Shown: positions 8,902 to 13,955 of the stretch, one piece after another | Position numbering within the stretch: position 1 is the stretch's first letter | Layout: each line of letters opens with the position of its first letter | Translations under genes and position numbers: made by a program | Source: a virus | Taxonomy: Duplodnaviria > Heunggongvirae > Uroviricota > Caudoviricetes | Reading direction: 5' to 3' (one strand) | DNA length: 13,955 nucleotides | IMG/VR virus record: IMGVR_UViG_2579778535_000002 | Notes under the pieces: generated by a model | What the model was told of the DNA's origin: nothing | Database searches by the model: none | What the model saw: only the letters and a program-made list of their open reading frames with translations

Positions 8902-9732
8902 ACCGGACTCCTCCTGCGATCCCTTCTGATACTGTCATCAGCATTACGTCATCCTCCGTCATGTCCGCCACATCCGGGGAAGCGGGGATAACTTCATTCC
9001 CGTCCGGGCCAAAGCGGACGCCTCCGGCAAGCCCTGCCGCTTTCTGCATCAGCACATCATCTTCAGGCTCTTCGTCAGCCTCGCGCCGGTTAAGCAGACT
9101 GAAATCCAGCGGATGCATATCCGGATCGCTGAAAAACAGGCTGAGCACGGTGTACGTCAGCCCGGAAAAGTGCATATCCAGCAGAACATCATGAAAATAA
9201 TGGGTACTGTAAAAACGGTGCCAGTCGGCATACTCCGTGGATGACATCCCGGCAAGCATGGCGCGCCAGTCGGGTCGCCCCATCTCACGCGCCAGTTTCA
9301 GGGCAAAACTCAGCTCACCGTCGAACACTTTCCCGCAGAAACAGGCTCTGCAGGCCCGGCGTCATCTGCCTGTTCAGGGGCATTATTCACCACAAACTCA
9401 GACATTCCGGACAGACGTAACACCACGTTTTCAGCCTGAGCAATTGCCTCCGTGGGCCAGGTGGTAAGCACTTCCTGCTCAATCTGCGTAATGGCTTCAT
9501 TCATGGACGGCAGCTTTGTCTTCTGCGGATGGTTATGCCACAGAGACATCGCCACCAGAAACGCCCCGCTTCTGATAAGATCCTCTACAGACACCTGCAG
9601 GTTGCCACTGGATTCAGCCTTTTTTTCCTGCTCTTTCAACCAGGCGAGATGCTCAATACGCTGCAGGGCTGACAGTTCAGAAAGCGTGACGGTCACGCCG
9701 TTATATTCAAATGATTCGGTTTTCAGGAACAT
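8894..9732 (-). CDS. T: Tail assembly chaperone G-T fusion, made by programmed -1 ribosomal frameshift at 9334..9328 (G frame 9732..9328, then T frame 9328..8894)
   Basis: The G frame ends ...CCU GUU UCU GCG GGA AAG UGU UCG ACG GUG AGC UGA (PVSAGKCSTVS*). A -1 slip on G GGA AAG enters the frame encoding (V)FDGELSFALKLAREMGRPDWRAMLAGMSSTEYADWHRFYSTHYFHDVLLDMHF..., which is the lambda gpT sequence. The T-frame ORF in the track (8894..9328) begins at a GTG, not a true start, and has no SD of its own. Confidence 0.88.
9310..9732 (-). CDS. G: Tail assembly chaperone G
   Basis: 140-aa ORF, same length as lambda gpG (MFLKTESFEYNGVTVTLSELSALQRIEHLAWLKEQEKKAESSGNLQVSVEDLIRSGAFLVAMSLWHNHPQKTKLPSMNEAITQIEQEVLTTWPTEAIAQAENVVLRLSGMSEF...). 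ATG at 9732 with GGAGAG SD 7 nt upstream. Acidic C-terminus. Confidence 0.95.
   Translation of the reverse strand: MFLKTESFEYNGVTVTLSELSALQRIEHLAWLKEQEKKAESSGNLQVSVEDLIRSGAFLVAMSLWHNHPQKTKLPSMNEAITQIEQEVLTTWPTEAIAQAENVVLRLSGMSEFVVNNAPEQADDAGPAEPVSAGKCSTVS
9328..9334 (-). promoter_or_regulatory. Slippery heptamer G GGA AAG for the G-T -1 programmed frameshift
   Basis: Plus strand CTTTCCC at 9328..9334, which is GGGAAAG on the coding strand, placed 6 codons before the G stop, exactly where the lambda G/T shift site lies. Confidence 0.85.
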
Positions 9733-9747
9733 CGCTGACTCTCCGGA

Positions 9748-10488
9748 TTAACTGGCGGTGACGGTGATTTCTGCAACCGCAGCAAGTTCACCATTACCGG
9801 ATACAACCGGAATGTTTACCTTGCCTGCAGCAACGCCGTTCACGGTGATGGTCATACCACTGACCGACACGGTGGCTTTTGTTTTATCCGCAGACACCGC
9901 ACGGAAGCTCTTGTCGGTTACACCTTCCGGCTGGAATGCCACGGTCAGCGTGGTGCTCTGCCCTTTCACTACGGAAGCACTGGCTGGCGTTACCGTCATG
10001 CCGGTTGCTGCCGTCACCGTACTGCGATCTTCAGCCATCGACGGGCGTCCCACATTGGTGACCTTCACCGTGCGGGTGATCACTTCCTTCGCCGTCACCG
10101 CTTTACCGATACTGCTGACCCAGCCACGGAACACATCGACCGTGCCGTTCGGGAAGCGGATTTTATAGGCACGGGTATCACCTTCATTAAACCACGCCAG
10201 CAGCGCCTGCTGCCCCTGCTCTCCGGGCATCCACGCCAGCGTGAAGCTGGTATCTCCGGCTGATTTCTGCCCCTGCCCGGTCGCAGTCCAGTCCGCATCT
10301 TCATCATCGAGATAGCTGTCGTCATAGGACTCAGCGGTCAGTTCGCCGGGTGTCAGGTCTTTAACTTTTGCCAGACGCGACCAGTCAACGTCTGAAAGCG
10401 GGTTCGCATAAGGGTCACCGTTCCCCTTATAAACCCACAGTGTGGTCCCGGCACCTTTCACCGGCATTACAGGATTTGGTACAGGCAT
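9748..10488 (-). CDS. V: Major tail tube protein V (C-terminal Ig-like domain)
   Basis: Recognised lambda gpV sequence starting [67 protein letters not shown]... (246 aa). I take the ATG at 10488..10486, which is preceded by GAGGA (U stop TGA is embedded in it: TATGAAATGTGAGGACGCTATG). The ORF-track start at 10518 would overlap U and lacks an SD. TAA at 9750..9748. Confidence 0.95.
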   Translation of the reverse strand: MPVPNPVMPVKGAGTTLWVYKGNGDPYANPLSDVDWSRLAKVKDLTPGELTAESYDDSYLDDEDADWTATGQGQKSAGDTSFTLAWMPGEQGQQALLAWFNEGDTRAYKIRFPNGTVDVFRGWVSSIGKAVTAKEVITRTVKVTNVGRPSMAEDRSTVTAATGMTVTPASASVVKGQSTTLTVAFQPEGVTDKSFRAVSADKTKATVSVSGMTITVNGVAAGKVNIPVVSGNGELAAVAEITVTAS

Positions 10489-10495
10489 AGCGTCC

Positions 10496-10891
10496 TCACA
10501 TTTCATAGGTAATGACATACGTCAGATCGGCTGAACTCCACAGGCCCGCATCATCGTCGCGCCGGTAGTCATAGCCACTGGCCACCATACTGGTGATCAA
10601 ATCTGACAGTGCCGGGATATCGCTCATCACCGGATAAATCCGGGACTCCATCCACGAATCCAGCTCTGAATCCGGCACCTGAGCAGGCAGGAAAACTTCG
10701 ATATGCAGCTCCGCCTGCCAGGTATCGCTGTCCAGCTCTTCGCCCGTGTATTCAGCGCCGGTGAGATAAACGGCAACTGCCGGAAAATCTTCCTCATCAA
10801 AAACAGCGGGGCGACCATCAAAAAACGTCGCCCCGGTGTCATGCTTCTCCAGTGCATCCAGTACGGCTGCACGGAGTTCAGTATGTTTCAT
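10496..10891 (-). CDS. U: Tail terminator protein U
   Basis: 131-aa ORF, same length as lambda gpU ([71 protein letters not shown]...). ATGA overlap with the Z stop. Confidence 0.95.
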   Translation of the reverse strand: MKHTELRAAVLDALEKHDTGATFFDGRPAVFDEEDFPAVAVYLTGAEYTGEELDSDTWQAELHIEVFLPAQVPDSELDSWMESRIYPVMSDIPALSDLITSMVASGYDYRRDDDAGLWSSADLTYVITYEM

Positions 10892-11466
10892 CGCTTTATT
10901 ACCATTCTCAGTTGATGCTGCAGCGCATAGCCCAGCTCTTTCGGAAGACGTTCACGCCGTATCCGTTCAATATTCTGTTTAAACGCCGTGGTCAGCGGCA
11001 CCGCCATCGGGATTTTCACCACATCAATGGGGTAACGGTTTTTCCCGGCCACACGCTGCATGACATGCCACCGGCCATTTTTCAGTTGCTGAATAAACGC
11101 GCCGGGAATACGACGGTTTCCCACCACAAGCACGCTGCCGCCACCTTTCAGGGCTGAACGCTGCCCCTTTTTACGACGCCTGCGTCGGGACAGGACAATC
11201 CGCGCGTTACCCAGCTTTATTACGGGCAAATCTCCCCGGTTAACCCTGATTCTGGCCTGCGGATTTTTGACCGTGGCCCTTTTCAGCCTGGCCCTTTCCT
11301 TTACCAGTTTCCGGCGTACCTTTGTCTCACGGGCAACCTGTGACGCCGACTGCGATATCGCGGATGAAGCAACGCGGTTAATGGCCATTGCGGCGGCACC
11401 GGGCACCGCCGTTCTGCTGATACGGCTGAGGTTTTCAACGGCCTGCTCAAGACCTTTTATGGCCAT
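10888..11466 (-). CDS. Z: Tail completion protein Z
   Basis: 192-aa ORF, same length as lambda gpZ (MAIKGLEQAVENLSRISRTAVPGAAAMAINRVASSAISQSASQVARETKVRRKLVKERARLKRATVKNPQARIRV...). AAGGGGGA SD upstream of ATG 11466. Confidence 0.95.
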   Translation of the reverse strand: MAIKGLEQAVENLSRISRTAVPGAAAMAINRVASSAISQSASQVARETKVRRKLVKERARLKRATVKNPQARIRVNRGDLPVIKLGNARIVLSRRRRRKKGQRSALKGGGSVLVVGNRRIPGAFIQQLKNGRWHVMQRVAGKNRYPIDVVKIPMAVPLTTAFKQNIERIRRERLPKELGYALQHQLRMVIKR

Positions 11467-11477
11467 ACATCCCCCTT

Positions 11478-11831
11478 TCAGCGGCGACGGTTAACGGCAG
11501 GCGGTACGCCCCGCCCAAGCCAGAGATGACAGCTTCCGCCATCATCCGGCGAAATCCGGTCTATCCAGAAGTTTTCCTCACCGATGGTCAGCGTGTCGCC
11601 GCGCCGCAGCTGCCGCACCTCATCAGTCCGGACAAACAGGGACGGGCTGGAGCCTTCAACGCGTACGCCCTGTCCGGCATAGCTGATATTTTCAGGGTCA
11701 TCAAAAACACCACGTATTACTGCGCCGGACTGCTCACCGGATGTCATGGTGGCTGACGTTCCCATGTACCCGCGTATCGTTTCATCGGCGCGGGCAATGG
11801 CAGCATCGAACAGGTTATCGAAATCAGCCAC
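11478..11831 (-). CDS. FII: Head-tail joining protein FII
   Basis: 117-aa ORF, same length as lambda gpFII (MADFDNLFDAAIARADETIRGYMGTSATMTSGEQSGAVIRGVFDDPENISYAGQGVRVEGSSPSLFVRTDEVRQLRRGDTLTIGEENFWIDRISPDDGGSCHLWLGRGVPPAVNRRR). The start codon is GTG (plus 11829..11831 is CAC), preceded by GGGAGG about 5 nt upstream. Confidence 0.93.
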   Translation of the reverse strand: MADFDNLFDAAIARADETIRGYMGTSATMTSGEQSGAVIRGVFDDPENISYAGQGVRVEGSSPSLFVRTDEVRQLRRGDTLTIGEENFWIDRISPDDGGSCHLWLGRGVPPAVNRRR

Positions 11832-11842
11832 AGCGCCTCCCG

Positions 11843-12238
11843 TTATTGCATTCTGGCCAGGCCGCGCGCTGTCATTTCAGCTGCCACACCGGCAGAGACA
11901 CGGAACGCCGTTCCCGGCAGCACAAATGCCACAGCCTCATCCCGCGTGGCGTGAAGTGCATCAGTATGCAGCGTCACCAGTGCCACAACCGTGACCAGAG
12001 CAGCCGTATCAGTCACGGTATCCGTCTGCGCTGATACCACCTCATTTTCATGTCCGGTCAGCGCATTTTCCGGGCTGACAGACGTGTCCAGACCGGCTGC
12101 GTCATCCGTGTCATCAAGCTCCTCTTCCAGCTCTGCCACACGGAGCGCCAGTTCTTCTTTCGTCCCCGTCAGGCTGACATCACGGTTCAGTTGCTCACCC
12201 AGCGTCCGGAGACGGGCAATCAGTTCATCTTTCGTCAT
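11843..12238 (-). CDS. FI: DNA-packaging / head completion protein FI
   Basis: Recognised lambda gpFI sequence starting MTKDELIARLRTLGEQLNRDVSLTGTKEELALRVAELEEELDDTDDAAG... (132 aa). I take the ATG at 12238..12236, which is preceded by GGAGGA with a 5-nt spacer. The ORF-track start at 12277 lies inside the E-FI hairpin and adds 13 residues not present in lambda FI. Confidence 0.9.
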   Translation of the reverse strand: MTKDELIARLRTLGEQLNRDVSLTGTKEELALRVAELEEELDDTDDAAGLDTSVSPENALTGHENEVVSAQTDTVTDTAALVTVVALVTLHTDALHATRDEAVAFVLPGTAFRVSAGVAAEMTARGLARMQ

Positions 12239-12250
12239 GGATTCCTCCAC

Positions 12251-12279
12251 AGAGAGAAAATGGCCCCGAAGGGCCATGA
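12251..12279 (-). promoter_or_regulatory. Stable UUCG-tetraloop hairpin followed by a U/C-rich tract, directly 3' of the major capsid gene E
   Basis: Minus-strand RNA after the E stop (UAA 12282..12280): UC-AUGGCCC-UUCG-GGGCCAU (perfect 7-bp stem, plus 12277..12260) then UUUUCUCUCU (plus 12259..12251), then the FI SD and ATG. Confidence 0.5.
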
Positions 12280-13305
12280 TTACGCCAGTTGTACGGACAC
12301 GAACTCATCAGGATCAGCCAGCAGCATCAGCGGTGCTGACTGAATCATGGTGAACTCTCGCGCCGGATCGCCGGATGTCTTCCAGTTTTTCGGATAACGG
12401 GGAGACGCATTAATACCCTCACTCAATGCATCCGCATCCTGAATACAGCCATAGGTGCGCAGACCGCGTGCATGAGTGTTCCCCAGCACCATCGTGTTGT
12501 CCGGCAGGAAGTTCTTTTTGACGCCGTTTTCCACGTACTGTCCGGAATACACGACGATGGCCACATCGCCATACATCCCCTTATAGGACACCGCTTTGCC
12601 CAGGTCTTTTACCGCTGTCTCCAGTTCGGAATGAGAGCCGCGACGGGTATCCAGCTTCTCCCTGACGGCTTTGAAGGAACGGAACAGCGCCCAGCCTTTC
12701 GGGTCAAACACGATGATATTCACCACGCCGCTGGCGTTCAGCGCGTAGGCTTCGATATCGTCGGTCGGGTCATACGTGGACTTGTCACGCTTGCTCCACT
12801 CCGTGCCGCCGGACTGCGTGATGTTGTTCGCCGCACTGCGGCCCATATCCACCTCAACCGGATCGAAGGCTTCACCGGTCATGGTGTATTTGCCCTTGAG
12901 CACGGCAGAAACTGCCTGCATCTCTTCGACCTGAGCAATGGCCAGCTCTTCGTCACGCATGTTCTGCATGATGATGCGACGGCGGCGGTAAGCCGGGTCC
13001 GCCAGATTCTGCGGATCTTCATCCGGCAGGCGACGCAGGGTCATCTGCGGATTCACCTCATGCTTGGGTTTGACATATCCCGGCGTAAATTCAGAGGTGG
13101 AGCCGCCACGGGAGCGGATAACCTCACCGGAAACAATCGGCGAAACGTACAGCGCCATGTTTACCAGTCCCGGAATTTGTGAGAGATAGACTTTCTCCGT
13201 AGTGAAGGGATAGCTCTCACGGAAAAAGAGACGCAGAAACAGCGGATCAAACTTAAATTTCTGCTCATTTGCCGCCAGCAGCTGGGCGGTTGTGTACATC
13301 GACAT
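12280..13305 (-). CDS. E: Major capsid protein E (HK97-fold)
   Basis: Recognised lambda gpE sequence starting MSMYTTAQLLAANEQKFKFDPLFLRLFFRESYPFTTEKVYLSQIPGLVNMALYVSPIVSGEVIRSRGGSTSEF... and ending ...MIQSAPLMLLADPDEFVSVQLA (341 aa from the ATG at 13305). The ORF-track start at 13332 adds 9 residues (MRLFLRDFF) that fall in the D-E hairpin/U-run and are not part of lambda E. Confidence 0.95.
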   Translation of the reverse strand: MSMYTTAQLLAANEQKFKFDPLFLRLFFRESYPFTTEKVYLSQIPGLVNMALYVSPIVSGEVIRSRGGSTSEFTPGYVKPKHEVNPQMTLRRLPDEDPQNLADPAYRRRRIIMQNMRDEELAIAQVEEMQAVSAVLKGKYTMTGEAFDPVEVDMGRSAANNITQSGGTEWSKRDKSTYDPTDDIEAYALNASGVVNIIVFDPKGWALFRSFKAVREKLDTRRGSHSELETAVKDLGKAVSYKGMYGDVAIVVYSGQYVENGVKKNFLPDNTMVLGNTHARGLRTYGCIQDADALSEGINASPRYPKNWKTSGDPAREFTMIQSAPLMLLADPDEFVSVQLA

Positions 13306-13339
13306 AAAAAAATCCCGTAAAAAAAGCCGCACAGGCGGC
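13306..13339 (-). promoter_or_regulatory. GC hairpin plus U7 run (intrinsic-terminator-like) in the D-E intergenic region, just upstream of the E start
   Basis: Minus-strand RNA after the D stop: ...CACUAAA-GGCCGC-CUGU-GCGGC(U) (5 G:C pairs plus a G:U, plus 13339..13326) followed by UUUUUUUACGGGAUUUUUUU and then the E AUG. Confidence 0.45.
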
Positions 13340-13360
13340 CTTTAGTGATGAAGGGTAAAG

Positions 13361-13693
13361 TTAAACGATGCTGATTGCCGTTCCGGCAAACGCGGTCCGT
13401 TTTTTCGTCTCGTCGCTGGCAGCCTCCGGCCAGAGCACATCCTCATAACGGAACGTGCCGGACTTGTAGAACGTCAGCGTGGTGCTGGTCTGGTCAGCAG
13501 CAACCGCAAGAATGCCAACGGCAGCACCGTCGGTGGTGCCATCCCACGCAACCAGCTTACGGGTGGAGGTGTCCAGCATCAGCGGGGTCATTGCAGGCGC
13601 TTTCGCACTCAATCCGCCGGGCGCGGTTGCGGTATGAGCCGGGTCACTGTTGCCCAGCGGCTGGTAATGGGTAAAGGTTTCTTTGCTCGTCAT
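13361..13693 (-). CDS. D: Capsid decoration protein D
   Basis: Recognised lambda gpD sequence [110 protein letters not shown] (110 aa from the ATG at 13693). An in-frame ATG two codons upstream (13699) is the ORF-track start; AAGGGA SD upstream. TAA at 13363..13361. Confidence 0.92.
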   Translation of the reverse strand: MTSKETFTHYQPLGNSDPAHTATAPGGLSAKAPAMTPLMLDTSTRKLVAWDGTTDGAAVGILAVAADQTSTTLTFYKSGTFRYEDVLWPEAASDETKKRTAFAGTAISIV

Positions 13694-13702
13694 AAACATC
13701 CC

Positions 13703-13955
13703 TTACACTGGTGTGTTCAGCAAATCGTTAACGGCATCAGATGCCGGGTTACCTGCAGCCAGCGGTGCCGGTGCCCCCTGCATCAGACGATCCAGCGCAG
13801 TGTCACTGCGCGCCTGTGCACTCTGTGGTGCTGCGGCCAGAATGCGGCGGGCCGTTTCCACGGTCATACCGGGGGTTTCTGCCAGCACGCGGGCCTGTTC
13901 TTCGCGTCCGTGAGCCTCCTCACAGTTGAGGATCCCCATAATGCGGCTGTTTTCT
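13703..13955 (-). CDS. C: Shared 3' end of the capsid assembly protease C / scaffolding protein Nu3 reading frame; 5' part lies beyond the window end
   Basis: Minus-strand frame open to the window edge, ending ...ETPGMTVETARRILAAAPQSAQARSDTALDRLMQGAPAPLAAGNPASDAVNDLLNTPV*, which I recognise as the common C-terminus of lambda C/Nu3. The stop lies 9 nt upstream of the D start, as in lambda. Confidence 0.8.
   Translation of the reverse strand, partial: ENSRIMGILNCEEAHGREEQARVLAETPGMTVETARRILAAAPQSAQARSDTALDRLMQGAPAPLAAGNPASDAVNDLLNTPV

Noticed and set aside
10489-10518. Longer start for V at 10518 ([16 protein letters not shown]...)
   Set aside because: It would overlap the 3' end of U and lacks an SD. 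The internal ATG at 10488 has a GAGGA SD and reproduces the lambda gpV N-terminus and length (246 aa).
12472-13182. 236-aa plus-strand ORF inside E
   Set aside because: Antisense to the major capsid gene; Arg/His-rich, no SD.
13306-13332. Longer start for E at 13332 and for D at 13699
   Set aside because: The E extension would have to be translated through the D-E hairpin/U-run and adds residues absent from lambda E. The ATG at 13305 gives the 341-aa lambda-length protein. For D the two extra codons (MF) are possible but the lambda protein begins MTSKE; this one is uncertain.
1-13955. Search for inserted cargo (defence system, toxin-antitoxin, tRNA, IS element, CRISPR array) within the structural operon
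   Set aside because: Every gene has the lambda length and order, the largest intergenic gaps are 67, 60, 55 and 41 nt and hold only hairpins, and no direct-repeat arrays, tRNA-like cloverleaf or inverted terminal repeats were seen. There is no space for an unannotated system in this window.

Overview
The whole window is one co-linear, minus-strand block of a lambda-like (lambdoid siphovirus) prophage late morphogenesis operon. Read in the direction of transcription (high to low coordinates) it runs: C/Nu3 (3' end only) - D - E - FI - FII - Z - U - V - G/G-T - H - M - L - K - I - J - lom (5' part only). Gene sizes match phage lambda almost codon for codon (D 110, E 341, FI 132, FII 117, Z 192, U 131, V 246, G 140, H 859, M 109, L 232, J 1131 aa), and intergenic gaps are at most 67 nt. 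I see no room for inserted cargo, and no tRNA, rRNA, CRISPR array, IS element or att site. All plus-strand ORFs in the track are antisense shadows of these genes. I therefore do not see a novel system here; this is a well-understood region. The points worth a second look are regulatory and structural details: the G-T slippery heptamer, the 103-nt out-of-frame K/I overlap and K start choice, stable hairpins flanking the major capsid gene E and preceding J, the terminator separating J from the lom moron, and the J C-terminus and Lom as the likely variable, host-interaction parts. All protein identifications rest on my recognition of lambda protein sequences from memory, not on a database search.
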